The notes: generated by a model from the sequence alone, not told the origin. 64,000 nucleotides of DNA from Thermodesulfobacteriota bacterium (GCA_965202785.1 OZ241855.1:1579465-1643464), one strand, 5' to 3'. Positions 46,973 through 57,171 are shown, numbered from the stretch's first letter. Numbers and translations: made by a program.

Positions 46973-48247
46973 ATGTTTCAGAACCTCGACAGACTCCGTC
47001 TAAAGGGAGTGGACAGCGTAAAACCGGGACTCGGGAGAATCACCGCGGTTCTTGAAGAACTGGGATACCCCAACAGGAAAAAGGATTACGTCGCCGTTGC
47101 CGGAACTAACGGCAAGGGGTCCGTGGCCGCCTGTATCGCGTCAATATTCGAAGCAAACGGCTATCGCGCAGGTCTCTTTACCTCCCCTCACCTGATCGAT
47201 GTCACGGAAAGAATAAAGGTAGACGGAGAGGAAATAACCAGGGAGGAGCTTGAAGAGATCCTCGGTGTGGTTTTTGCCGCCTGCACCAAAATTGGCGTGG
47301 AGCTCAGTTATTTCGAAACGCTCACCGTAGCCGCATTTCTTTATTTCAACGGCAAGTCAATAGATGTAGGCGTGCTTGAAGTTGGAATGGGGGGAAGATG
47401 GGACTCGACAAACGTATGCGATCACCTGGCAGGCGTTATAACGAATGTGTCCTTTGACCACACCGAATACCTGGGAAACACCTTGGGTGAGATCGCCGGG
47501 GAAAAAGCCGGAATAATCAAAAAAAACGCCCTCGTGGTGACCGGATGCACGGGCGAGGCCCTCTCGGTAATCGAGCGGAGGGCCCGGGAGAGTTCCTCAA
47601 TATGCCACAGAATCGGAGCAGAGTTCACTTACGGTGAAAAAGAAAATCTGGGTTTCGATTACATGGGGCCCAGGTGGAATATCCCGGGACTCAAGGTTTC
47701 TCTTGCGGGTACACACCAGGTGGAAAACGCCGTCATATCCGTAGCGACGGCCGAGCTGCTTGCAATGCATACCCGCTACAAAACGGATCCGGAGAAGATA
47801 AAAGAGGCTCTTTCGGAAGTCGCTCTAGGGGGGCGAATGGAATACTTAGACAGGGGGACTCCCGTTATAATCGACGGCGCGCATAACCTCGCCGCGGGGG
47901 AGAATCTTGTTAAGTCGCTTGAGTTTTATCATCCGGGGAAAAAATTCAATTTCCTGATAACAATGCTTGCTAACAAGGACATCGGAGGGTTCACCGAAAC
48001 GCTCTCCCGAGTTTCGGGGAAACTTATCATAACGGAACTTCCCGGAGTCAAGAAGTCTTTGGAAACGGAAAAAATTCTGGCGCTTACCCGGGGACAATTC
48101 GACTCGGTGGAAACGGTAAAAGATCCTCTTAAGGCATACGAAAAGCTTCTCAGCTACGGAGAAGCTGCCTGCGTGTGTGGTTCCTTTTACCTAATAGGTT
48201 ATCTTAAAGAAGCAATCCAAAATGAAGAGACTCTCGATAGTAAGTAA
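46973..48247 (+). CDS. folC: folylpolyglutamate/dihydrofolate synthase
   Basis: GTNGKGS, TSPHL, EVGMGGRWDSTN, DGAHN. Confidence 0.94.
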   Translation: MFQNLDRLRLKGVDSVKPGLGRITAVLEELGYPNRKKDYVAVAGTNGKGSVAACIASIFEANGYRAGLFTSPHLIDVTERIKVDGEEITREELEEILGVVFAACTKIGVELSYFETLTVAAFLYFNGKSIDVGVLEVGMGGRWDSTNVCDHLAGVITNVSFDHTEYLGNTLGEIAGEKAGIIKKNALVVTGCTGEALSVIERRARESSSICHRIGAEFTYGEKENLGFDYMGPRWNIPGLKVSLAGTHQVENAVISVATAELLAMHTRYKTDPEKIKEALSEVALGGRMEYLDRGTPVIIDGAHNLAAGENLVKSLEFYHPGKKFNFLITMLANKDIGGFTETLSRVSGKLIITELPGVKKSLETEKILALTRGQFDSVETVKDPLKAYEKLLSYGEAACVCGSFYLIGYLKEAIQNEETLDSK

Positions 48248-49256
48248 CGATCTCTTTCTGGCTCACCAGAACCCTCCCGGACATCCGGAGTGTCCGGAAA
48301 GACTGACCAGCATCCTGGGGGTGCTTGAGAGTTCGGGTCTTATGGAGAAAACGGTTCCCGCCGACACAAGGCCCGCTACGGAGGAAGAGATCACCCTCGT
48401 ACACAGCAAGCCCTATTTCGACATGGTCAAAAGCACTTCCGGCAAGGAGTTCTCGCAGCTCGATGCCGATACCTCTACGTGCGAGGTTTCGTTTGACGCC
48501 GCGCTTGCGGGCTCCGGGGGGCTTATATGCTCGGTAAACGATATTCTCTCAGGGGAAATTGATACCGCGTTCGTACTCGCCCGACCTCCCGGACATCACG
48601 CCGAACATGACAGGGCGATGGGGTTCTGCCTGTTTAATCACGTGGCGGTTGCGGGGGGCCATCTGTTAGCCAACTGTGGACTTGAGAGAGTCCTGATCAT
48701 AGACTGGGACGTGCATCACGGAAACGGCACCCAGCACATCTTCTATGATTCAGACAGCGTGCTTTACTTCTCAGTGCACCAGTTCCCGTTTTACCCCGGC
48801 ACCGGAAGCCTTAAGGAGCTAGGATACAAAGACGGGCTCGGGCACACGGTTAACGTACCCTGCCCCGCAATGCTGGGAGACGAAGACTATCTAAGGATCT
48901 TCGCAGAGATACTCGAACCCGTAGTGGAGCAGTACTCCCCGGAATTTATCCTCATCTCCGCGGGCTTTGACGCTTACCAGGTCGATCCGCTGGGAGGAAT
49001 GCTGGTTACCTCGGAAGGTTTCGCCAGGCTTACAAGGTTCGTTATGCAGCTCGCCGAGAAACACTGCCGCGGAAATATCGCCTTTTTGCTCGAAGGTGGC
49101 TACAACACCGCGGAGATGGGACTGATCATGCGGTCAGTCATAGAAGAGATACTCGATCTTAAAACATCGGATACCGGTTTTGATCCCAAGCGGACAAACT
49201 GCGAACACACCGTCTTGGAAACCAGAAGGATTTACTCGAAATTCTGGGATTTTTAG
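48222..49256 (+). CDS. histone deacetylase family (class II-like) amidohydrolase
   Basis: HPECPERL, RPPGHHA, DWDVHHGNG, SAGFD, LEGGY. Confidence 0.93.
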   Translation: MKRLSIVSNDLFLAHQNPPGHPECPERLTSILGVLESSGLMEKTVPADTRPATEEEITLVHSKPYFDMVKSTSGKEFSQLDADTSTCEVSFDAALAGSGGLICSVNDILSGEIDTAFVLARPPGHHAEHDRAMGFCLFNHVAVAGGHLLANCGLERVLIIDWDVHHGNGTQHIFYDSDSVLYFSVHQFPFYPGTGSLKELGYKDGLGHTVNVPCPAMLGDEDYLRIFAEILEPVVEQYSPEFILISAGFDAYQVDPLGGMLVTSEGFARLTRFVMQLAEKHCRGNIAFLLEGGYNTAEMGLIMRSVIEEILDLKTSDTGFDPKRTNCEHTVLETRRIYSKFWDF

Positions 49257-49385
49257 AGCGGGAAGCCTGCTCTGACAGAGGCAGTGGTATAATTTCAGGG
49301 ACTTCCTGCCCTGCCACCTCATATACTACATCCAGATCACTCCAGTCCCCTAATGGCATTCTCCTAGCCGGCTAATTCCTGTTTT

Positions 49386-49934
49386 TTAAAAATTAGGGGC
49401 GCCAACACAAGCCTTCAACGTGCCATCTTCATTCTTGAGATAGTCCGAATAAGCTTCCGCTTCGCAGCCATCCCCTTCCGCCATACCCGCAGGGACCATC
49501 ACGTAAGGACAAACTACAGTGGGTTTACTATCGGGACGCGTAGCTACTCCCGCCCAGAATCCCACATACATATCGCCATCCTTTCTTAGAAAATAGGCTC
49601 CGGGATCAACTAAATCCCCTTCCCCTGTTTCCGTTACATAACTGCTGACAATATGGCTGTCGGTTTTTATACCGACATGCCCAAAAGTCGCCTCGCCGAA
49701 AGCGTCACCGGTGGACAAGGCAGCAAGATTGGACCCGCCGATAACCAGTTCGTCCGGGTGGATGAAAAGCGATAGGCTTTCGCTTTGGCAATCGTCCACA
49801 CCGTCAGCGTTAATGCTTGAGAAAAACCCCATCATTTCAACAGGGTCCGATTCTACAGGTTCCGATGTTCCGTTACCATTATCGCCACAAGCCAACGCAA
49901 ACATTAAAACAAAAACCCAAGAAAAATGCTTCAT
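49386..49934 (-). CDS. lipoprotein of unknown function
   Basis: GGAGG SD; MKHFSWVFVLMFALA|C lipobox; four further Cys. Confidence 0.75.
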   Translation of the reverse strand: MKHFSWVFVLMFALACGDNGNGTSEPVESDPVEMMGFFSSINADGVDDCQSESLSLFIHPDELVIGGSNLAALSTGDAFGEATFGHVGIKTDSHIVSSYVTETGEGDLVDPGAYFLRKDGDMYVGFWAGVATRPDSKPTVVCPYVMVPAGMAEGDGCEAEAYSDYLKNEDGTLKACVGAPNF

Positions 49935-50242
49935 GATTTTTCCTCCGTTTTGAAAGGTAATCATATTTGTTATTTTACATTGTATTATTTAGTTAAGAGA
50001 TCGGCAAAGGAACTGCTTGCATCTGCATTGCCGGTTCCTTCATGCCCTCCTAATTATGAAGGCCGCCGCCCCCTTAATTATCATTTTCCCAACAATTCCT
50101 TCCCATTCCTCTTCCCCTAATCCCGCAAGTTCTTAATATCCCACATTCATTCTCGTTGAGACCGCGCAGAAAAAAGAAAATCAGAGCCAGCCGCCCTAGC
50201 GGTGGTGCATCCGCCTCGGATTTCAGTTAAACCCGGTAATGT

Positions 50243-51064
50243 TCAGGAGGAAATTTCACCTTTCCTGTAGTCGCTCCCCTCGATGAAAAGCGGGGTGCAC
50301 ATTTCATAAAGCCTTGAAGCTATCCTCTCCCCCACCCTGTCCTCAAGTATTTCCGTTTTGCTCCTGGATTTTTTAGGCAGTGACTCCTTGGCCACATAAT
50401 TGGTAGTAACAAGGGTCTTCTTTGAGGAGTTGTAACGCTTGGAAATGAGCTGATCGAGGATGTTCTGCTCCCATTCGGAACTTTTGCCTTTTCCCATCTC
50501 GTCTATAACCAGAATTTCCGCGTTTATAAGCGGTCCTATTATCTCGTTTTCGGGAATTCCCTCGGAATAGGCCTTCCGCAGGTCTCCAAGCAGAAAGAAA
50601 AAATCGGTAAACACGCACTCAACGGCTTTCTGAAGCGTAAGCTCCGCTATGGCCCCTACCGCAAGGCGTGTTTTGGCAAGCCCGGGTCCTCCCATAAGCA
50701 GAAAGCCTTTTTCCTCCGGGTACTTGTCGACAAACGACTTCACGTAGGTCATTGCATCAAGCTGACTCTGTCCACGCGGGTCTATATCGTCTGACTGCAG
50801 AACGCCGGCGAACTTTGATGGAATCTTCGCATTGTTGTATCTCCTGATTTTAAGTCTTACCACCCCGCAGGTCCCGCAGCGCTCAAGGTACCTGTAGCCC
50901 CTTTCGTTCTCCAAGAAGACCGTCCCCGACCCTCCGCAGTCGCCGCACTCGGAAACGCAGCCGCAGACCTGCGCACGGGCGTACTGATCGTTCTTTGTGG
51001 AAATCATGTAGCCCCTGCCGGAACATTTTCGACAACCGGTCGCAATGTGTCTTCTTCTGGCCAT
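50243..51064 (-). CDS. DnaC/DnaI/IstB-like AAA+ ATPase with N-terminal zinc fingers
   Basis: CRKC, CGC, CGDCGGSG, CGTC; Walker A GGPGLAKT; Walker B VIDEMG; TTN; RIASRL. Confidence 0.85.
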   Translation of the reverse strand: MARRRHIATGCRKCSGRGYMISTKNDQYARAQVCGCVSECGDCGGSGTVFLENERGYRYLERCGTCGVVRLKIRRYNNAKIPSKFAGVLQSDDIDPRGQSQLDAMTYVKSFVDKYPEEKGFLLMGGPGLAKTRLAVGAIAELTLQKAVECVFTDFFFLLGDLRKAYSEGIPENEIIGPLINAEILVIDEMGKGKSSEWEQNILDQLISKRYNSSKKTLVTTNYVAKESLPKKSRSKTEILEDRVGERIASRLYEMCTPLFIEGSDYRKGEISS

Positions 51065-51065
51065 G

Positions 51066-51722
51066 TCACTTCATAGCGAAAACGTCATTTATACCAAGGG
51101 CTTCACATACGATTTCATCCCTGAAGGCATTAATGGTTCTTTTCTTCGCGTCCTCGTCGTAGAGTTTTGCCTCCTCCGGAAGTCTATTCAGGGCAGAATC
51201 CGTTATCTGCTTCTGTCTCTCGGCGGAAAGACCCGAGAAAACATCTTCAACAAAACCCCGCCACAAAGAATTAAACTGCTTGTATATGCTAGCGGACCCC
51301 GCGTCGTCCGTCTCGCGAACCCTGCGTCTGAGTTCCTCGTATTTCCCCCGTATATCCTCTCTTTTTTCCTCAATTATGATCCTATCAAGCCTCTTTAGGA
51401 CCCGCTCTATTATACTGCTTCTTGTAAAAGCGGCGCTCCGGGGTGTTGCCTGTTTCCTCTCCCGCTCTACCGACTGTGTTTCGAGGTAATCTTCAATTTC
51501 ATGCCTTATGTTAAAAAGCCCTCTCGGTTCCTGGGCACCTTTCTGCCTCTTTTGCTCAAAGCCGTAGGCTATAGCCTTAATTACCATTTCCTTTGAGACG
51601 GATCTTTCGCCAAGCTCCCTTATAAAACTGTAGTCCCTGGCTGAAAGCATGAGGCCCTTTCCCGCAAGCCCGAGAAAATACCGCTCTATGTCGGCTATAT
51701 AGTTTCGCTCTTGAGACTTCAT
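51066..51722 (-). CDS. hypothetical protein with DnaD-like N-terminal domain
   Basis: IERYF..GKGLMLSARD..I..L...EMVIKAI resembles the DnaD/DnaB helical domain; ends 1 nt before the ATPase start. Confidence 0.55.
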   Translation of the reverse strand: MKSQERNYIADIERYFLGLAGKGLMLSARDYSFIRELGERSVSKEMVIKAIAYGFEQKRQKGAQEPRGLFNIRHEIEDYLETQSVERERKQATPRSAAFTRSSIIERVLKRLDRIIIEEKREDIRGKYEELRRRVRETDDAGSASIYKQFNSLWRGFVEDVFSGLSAERQKQITDSALNRLPEEAKLYDEDAKKRTINAFRDEIVCEALGINDVFAMK

Positions 51723-51760
51723 CTTCCCCCGGAAAAATACGCAGCCCCTGGGTCCGGCCC

Positions 51761-52441
51761 TTATCCCATAATCTCGCGCATAGCCGACATCGTATCGGCA
51801 TAGTTTTCCGTCTTGTATATTCCGGATCCCGTTACCACTATGTCCGCTCCGGCCTCGATCACTTCCCTTATGTTCCCGAGATTTATCCCGCCGTCAGCTT
51901 CAATAAGCGGCTTCTTTCCATCTCCATCCATGCTGTCAAGAAGAGACCTCAGATCCCTTATTTTCGACAGCATCTCGGGGATGAATTTCTGACCCCCGAA
52001 CCCCGGCTCCACAGTCATTATCACTATCACGTCTATAAGCTCCATCAGCTTTTCCTCGATCACGCCGATCGGGGTTGCGGGGTTAAGGGCAACCCCGGTC
52101 ATAACCCCTCTCCACCTGATGGAAGAGAGAGCGCTGTAGAGAAGGTTGCAGGCCTCCATCTGGACTGTGACGATTTTGACGTGAGGAGAACCCGCGTCTA
52201 TGAATTTTTCCGTGAATTTCTCGGGACTATCAATCATAAGGTGTATATCCATCTGGGGCGGCGACTCCATCCGGGCAATCGCCTCCACTATGGGTATTCC
52301 TATGCTTATGTTCGGAACGAAATGCCCGTCCATCACGTCCACGTGTATAAGATCGGCGCCCGCCTCGCAAACAGCGGTCACCTCATCTTCAAGGCGAAGA
52401 TAGTCACACGAGAGTATTGAAGGAGCCAGGAGTTTTTTCAT
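51761..52441 (-). CDS. rpe: ribulose-phosphate 3-epimerase
   Basis: APSIL, HVDVMDGHFVPN, VEPGFGGQ, DGG. Confidence 0.96.
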   Translation of the reverse strand: MKKLLAPSILSCDYLRLEDEVTAVCEAGADLIHVDVMDGHFVPNISIGIPIVEAIARMESPPQMDIHLMIDSPEKFTEKFIDAGSPHVKIVTVQMEACNLLYSALSSIRWRGVMTGVALNPATPIGVIEEKLMELIDVIVIMTVEPGFGGQKFIPEMLSKIRDLRSLLDSMDGDGKKPLIEADGGINLGNIREVIEAGADIVVTGSGIYKTENYADTMSAMREIMG

Positions 52442-52794
52442 TTCATTTTCTCCGCAGAGTCCAAGTGGGATTTTTTTGTATTTTACCCGAACAACAGCAA
52501 AAACCCACGAACCCCTGCGTGGAATCCAAGGCTATTTCATGTTAAAAAGCGATACCGGGACGATAGCGGGGAAGAAACAATTTCTCGAAACCATGCGTGT
52601 GCCGGGAAACGAACCTGATGATCCTCTCGGCAGCCGTCATGCAGACGCCACTGTTTACGTTTTTACGGAATTAAGATGCCCGGGAAAGACATCCGTCTGA
52701 CCCGGTGACAACAAAACTTAAACAGCGTAGGAGCGGAGAGGCCGTAATATTCCCCTCTCCCCCGCTATCGCTCGCAGTTGCAGCCGTGCGCAGG

Positions 52795-53550
52795 TTATCT
52801 TCTGACCGTGTGGATTTTCCACGAGACCGCCAGAGACAGGGCGGATACCACTAAAAGCAGGTTAAACAGCGAACTGAGGCCATTTTTTCCAGTGGTTCCT
52901 CCCGCGATCGCGCATCCATCATCACCATCATCCATCATCGGTTCCGACAACGGGGTCGGGTAAAAACCGGAACCTAACAGAAATGTTGTTGATTCACCAA
53001 GAAGAGTTACTTTTTCAACATAGCCGACTTTATCGGAAGAACCAGGTGTTTTCCCGGTTTCATTCACTTCGTCCCCTTCAAATCTTGGATCATCCCACGT
53101 ATACTCGGCAAAACCATCTCCATCTACTGCTTCTAGAAGTTCATGAACGACCTCTAATCCGTTAGCATCTGTCATTCCATGCAGGTCAAGGCCCTCTCTT
53201 TGTGGATAGATTGCGTTGAAAACAGCTACCTCTTCGTGCTCATGTTCTGTGGTTACATCTGTAAATATATACAGGTATATACTACGCTCGTGCGCAATCC
53301 AATCTCCCTCCTCGTTTCTAAATCCGCTTAGGAGAATGAGAAGATCTTGAATATGCGTAGCCTCCTCAATATGAGCTTTCGCATGCATAACGAAATTTCT
53401 CAGAGCATCTCTGTTTTCCTCATTGTCAACACCGTTCATTACGGCACCGGCCAAGGTCGTGTTTTGATGATTCCCACCATGCGCAAAAGACGGAACAGCG
53501 ATAAAACCGCTTACCAGAACCAGGACTGCAGTCAAGAAAAATCCCTTCAT
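52795..53550 (-). CDS. secreted protein with one Cache-like unit and a C-terminal GC-TM anchor
   Basis: GAGGAGG SD, ATG at 53550; signal peptide (SFA|HGGNH); IYLYIF..MTDANG..GFAEYTWDDP..KVGY; tail DGCAIA..SLFNLLLVVSALSLAVSWK..RR. Confidence 0.75.
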   Translation of the reverse strand: MKGFFLTAVLVLVSGFIAVPSFAHGGNHQNTTLAGAVMNGVDNEENRDALRNFVMHAKAHIEEATHIQDLLILLSGFRNEEGDWIAHERSIYLYIFTDVTTEHEHEEVAVFNAIYPQREGLDLHGMTDANGLEVVHELLEAVDGDGFAEYTWDDPRFEGDEVNETGKTPGSSDKVGYVEKVTLLGESTTFLLGSGFYPTPLSEPMMDDGDDGCAIAGGTTGKNGLSSLFNLLLVVSALSLAVSWKIHTVRR

Positions 53551-53738
53551 AAGTCTATCCCTCCTCAAGAATCCGTTGTTTTGTCAGAAAGTAATACCAA
53601 CCGTTACGTCCTTATAATAACACATGATGTAAAGTTTCGCCTTCAAGTGCTCAATCAGGATTAATTCCCGGGAACCGGACAAGCCAGCCAGCTCAAAAAC
53701 GGCTCAATTTGATTGACTTCATATAAAAAAGCGGATTA

Positions 53739-53766
53739 TTGACAGAAAGACCAGAATAATTATATT
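53739..53766 (+). promoter_or_regulatory. sigma70 promoter of the metK operon
   Basis: TTGACA-16bp-TATATT, 23 nt before the ATG. Confidence 0.55.
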
Positions 53767-53789
53767 ACTTGGACTTTTGAGGTCGCTTA

Positions 53790-54956
53790 ATGCCCCCTAA
53801 AAACTTCATATTCACCTCGGAATCCGTAACGGAAGGCCACCCGGACAAGATTGCGGATCAGATATCAGACGCCATACTCGACGCCATGATCGAGCAGGAT
53901 CCCGATAGCAGGGTCGCGTGCGAGACACTGATCACAACAGGCCTCGTGGTGATTTCCGCCGAGATAACGACGAAAAGCCATGTCGACATACGGCAAGTAG
54001 CAAGAAACACGATAAAAGAGATCGGCTACACGGACAGCGCGATGGGATTTGACGCGGACACTTGCTCCATCATGTTGACGATTGACAAGCAGTCCCCTGA
54101 TATAGCGCTTGGGGTCGACAAGAAAGGTGCCGAGGAGGAACAAGGTGCCGGGGACCAGGGACTCATGTTCGGCTACGCGTGCGATGAGACCGAAGAATTC
54201 ATGCCCTCCCCCATACTCTACGCCCACAGGCTGGCAAAACGTCTTTCCGAGGTAAGAAAAGACGGCACCCTTCCCTTTTTAAGGCCCGACGGAAAAAGCC
54301 AGGTCACCTTCAGGTATGAAAACGGGGAGCCGGTGGGAGTAGACGCGGTAGTTATATCATCCCAGCACTCAAAGGAAGTCTCGCGCGATGACCTCATCGA
54401 GGGAATCAGGGAGAGCGTAATAAATCCCTGCATTGGAACACTTGTTTCCGAGAACACGAAAATTCATATAAATCCCACGGGCAACTTTGTAATCGGGGGC
54501 CCCATGGGAGACACGGGACTTACGGGAAGAAAAATCATAGTCGACACCTACGGTGGATGGTCACGACACGGCGGCGGGGCTTTTTCGGGAAAGGATCCTT
54601 CCAAGGTCGACAGAAGCGCGGCCTATATGGCAAGGTACGTGGCGAAAAACATAGTCGCGGCCTCTCTGGCCTCGCGCTGCGAGGTGCAGCTTGCCTACGC
54701 CATCGGAGTAGCGGAACCGGTTTCGGTAATGATCGACGCCTTCGGCACGGCCGCTGTGGCGGAAGAGAAAATCTCGGAAGCAGTGAGGGAGATTTTCGAT
54801 CTTACCCCCGAGGGAATAATATCGCACCTCGGACTCAGAAGACCCATCTACAAGGAAACAGCTTCCTATGGCCATTTCGGGAGAAACGAAGAAACTTTCT
54901 CATGGGAGAAGACAGACAGGATAGCGGAACTTAAAAAAGCCCTGGAGAACGCCTGA
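53790..54956 (+). CDS. metK: S-adenosylmethionine synthetase
   Basis: [28 protein letters not shown]. Confidence 0.98.
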   Translation: MPPKNFIFTSESVTEGHPDKIADQISDAILDAMIEQDPDSRVACETLITTGLVVISAEITTKSHVDIRQVARNTIKEIGYTDSAMGFDADTCSIMLTIDKQSPDIALGVDKKGAEEEQGAGDQGLMFGYACDETEEFMPSPILYAHRLAKRLSEVRKDGTLPFLRPDGKSQVTFRYENGEPVGVDAVVISSQHSKEVSRDDLIEGIRESVINPCIGTLVSENTKIHINPTGNFVIGGPMGDTGLTGRKIIVDTYGGWSRHGGGAFSGKDPSKVDRSAAYMARYVAKNIVAASLASRCEVQLAYAIGVAEPVSVMIDAFGTAAVAEEKISEAVREIFDLTPEGIISHLGLRRPIYKETASYGHFGRNEETFSWEKTDRIAELKKALENA

Positions 54957-55006
54957 GCCGAAGCGCGCTCGGAGCTTTTGACCGCGAAAAAGCAACGGAG
55001 GAACAA

Positions 55007-56263
55007 ATGGATTACCACGTAAAGGACTTAAAACTTGCCCGCGAGGGAAAACTGAGAAGCGAATGGGCCGCCCAGGAAATGCCCGTTCTAAAGCAGATAG
55101 AGGAAAGATTCAAGAAGGAAAAACCGCTTAAGGGAGTAAGAGTCGCCGCGTGCCTTCACGTTACCACGGAAACCGGAAACCTGATGACCACACTTAAGTC
55201 CGGAGGAGCCAAAGTCTACCTCTGCGCTTCAAACCCCCTCAGCACTCAGGATGACGTTGCGGCCTACCTCGTAAAGAACCATAAGATCTCCGTTTTCGCC
55301 ATAAAAGGGGAAAACACCAAAACCTATTACAAGCATATAAACGCAGTGCTGGCCGCCCGCCCGCACGTAACCATGGATGACGGGGCGGATCTGGTATCAA
55401 CGCTCCACACGGACCGAAAAGACCTGATAGACGGCGTGATCGGGGGAACGGAAGAAACGACAACCGGAGTGATAAGACTCAAGAGCATGGCGGATGACGG
55501 AGTGCTTCAGTATCCGATAGTCGCCGTTAACAACGCGGATACCAAGCATCTTTTCGATAACCGCTACGGAACGGGACAGAGCACTCTTGACGGAATCATA
55601 CGCGCCACCAACAGGCTTGTTTCCGGCACGACCTTCGTCGTCGCAGGGTACGGATGGTGCGGAAAAGGGCTTGCCATGAGAGCCAGGGGGCTTGGAGCGA
55701 ACGTCATCGTAACCGAGGTCGAACCGCTTGCGGGACTCGAGGCCACGATGGACGGGTTCAGGGTAATGACGATGGAGAAGGCAGCGCCGCTTGGAGACTT
55801 CTTCTGCACCGTTACGGGCAACATACACGTCATAAGGAAAAAGCATTTTGAGAAAATGAAAGACGGGGCGATAGTGGCCAATTCAGGACACTTCAACGTG
55901 GAACTTGATCTCGACGCTCTTGGCGAGATAACGACCTCGAAAAGAGTCATAAGGGAGTACGTTGAGGAACATACCCTCAAGAACGGAAGAAGGATCAACG
56001 TTCTCGGCGGAGGAAGGCTCATAAATCTCGCCGCGGCCGAGGGACATCCTTCAAGCGTGATGGACATGAGCTTCGCGAACCAGGCGCTCTGCTGCGAGTA
56101 CATGGTGAAAAGCGGAGGGACGCTTGCAAACGACGTTCACGACGTCCCTGAGAAAATAGACCGCCTGATATCCAGGATAAAGCTTAAAACCCTGGGAGTC
56201 ACCATAGACACCCTGACGGCCGAACAGAAGAAATATCTGAGTTCCTGGCAGGTCGGAACATAA
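55007..56263 (+). CDS. ahcY: adenosylhomocysteinase
   Basis: [34 protein letters not shown]. Confidence 0.97.
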   Translation: MDYHVKDLKLAREGKLRSEWAAQEMPVLKQIEERFKKEKPLKGVRVAACLHVTTETGNLMTTLKSGGAKVYLCASNPLSTQDDVAAYLVKNHKISVFAIKGENTKTYYKHINAVLAARPHVTMDDGADLVSTLHTDRKDLIDGVIGGTEETTTGVIRLKSMADDGVLQYPIVAVNNADTKHLFDNRYGTGQSTLDGIIRATNRLVSGTTFVVAGYGWCGKGLAMRARGLGANVIVTEVEPLAGLEATMDGFRVMTMEKAAPLGDFFCTVTGNIHVIRKKHFEKMKDGAIVANSGHFNVELDLDALGEITTSKRVIREYVEEHTLKNGRRINVLGGGRLINLAAAEGHPSSVMDMSFANQALCCEYMVKSGGTLANDVHDVPEKIDRLISRIKLKTLGVTIDTLTAEQKKYLSSWQVGT

Positions 56264-56268
56264 GATTA

Positions 56269-57162
56269 ATGGATGAACACCTCGATTCGTTCCTTGTATA
56301 TCTTACTGTGAACAGGGGCCTTTCGAAAAACACCATTCAGTCATATTCAAGGGACATATCTTCCCTTGTGGCCTTTTTAGACAAAAGGGGAATATCCGAT
56401 CCCGCCGCCGTAAGCGAAGGCGAGATGGCCGCCTTTTTCGATCACCTGAGGAAAAAGAAGCTCTCCCCGAGAAGCGTGGCGAGAAACATAGTTTCCATAA
56501 AGCAGTTCTTCAGGTTCCTGCTCACAGAGAGCGTCATAACCGAGGATCCGCTCAGAAACACCGTCTCTCCCAAGCCCGCGAAAACCCTCCCCCACACCCT
56601 CTCGCTGGAAGAGGTCGAAAGGCTCCTGCAAGAGCCCGAGGAGGGCAAGTCCGCAGAAGCGCTCAGGGACCGCGCGATGCTCGAGGTTCTCTACGCCACC
56701 GGGGTCAGGGTATCTGAACTGATCTCCCTTGAGCTAAACCGCGTCAATCTTGACCACGGCTATGTCATCACACTCGGCAAGGGAAGCAAGGAGAGAATAG
56801 TCCCCATAGGCGACGCCGCAATCAGGAAAGTAAGGGACTATCTTTCCGACTCAAGACCCGGGCTTCTTCGCGAAAGGAGTTCTGAGTACCTGTTCGTTAC
56901 CTCGAGAACCGGCTCCAAGATGAGCCGTCAGCGCTTCTGGCGCATGATAAAGGACTACGCGCTCTCAGCCGGCATCCACTCCCACATAACCCCCCACGTG
57001 CTTCGCCACTCCTTCGCCACGCACCTGCTTGAGCGGGGGGCCGACCTGCGGGCCATACAGGCCATGCTCGGTCACTCGGACATATCAACGACCCAGATAT
57101 ATACTTATGTTGAAAAGGAAAGGCTTAAACGCATACACGAAAAATCTCACCCAAGAGCGTAA
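56269..57162 (+). CDS. xerD: tyrosine recombinase XerD
   Basis: ATGVRVSE, GKGSKER, HVLRHSFATH, LGH, TQIY, C-terminal HPRA; located ahead of scpAB. Confidence 0.92.
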   Translation: MDEHLDSFLVYLTVNRGLSKNTIQSYSRDISSLVAFLDKRGISDPAAVSEGEMAAFFDHLRKKKLSPRSVARNIVSIKQFFRFLLTESVITEDPLRNTVSPKPAKTLPHTLSLEEVERLLQEPEEGKSAEALRDRAMLEVLYATGVRVSELISLELNRVNLDHGYVITLGKGSKERIVPIGDAAIRKVRDYLSDSRPGLLRERSSEYLFVTSRTGSKMSRQRFWRMIKDYALSAGIHSHITPHVLRHSFATHLLERGADLRAIQAMLGHSDISTTQIYTYVEKERLKRIHEKSHPRA

Positions 57163-57171
57163 ACTATAAAT

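Noticed and set aside
50020-50160. coding or structured RNA in the pyrimidine-rich tract
   Set aside because: Minus-strand frames contain stops and I recognised no fold or family; probably decayed sequence
50243-51064. IS21 element (IstB)
   Set aside because: No IstA transposase or terminal inverted repeats; the N-terminal zinc fingers and operon context fit a DnaC-like loader
52520-52547. second dif-like site flanking the Cache-like gene (TCATGTTAAAA)
   Set aside because: Only an XerD-arm-like half; there is no ATAA XerC arm at the right spacing
53640-53789. SAM riboswitch before metK
   Set aside because: The predicted leader is very short and no SAM-I or SAM-II consensus is visible
56269-57162. 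prophage or island integrase
   Set aside because: Size, HPRA ending and position before scpAB indicate housekeeping XerD; no phage genes nearby
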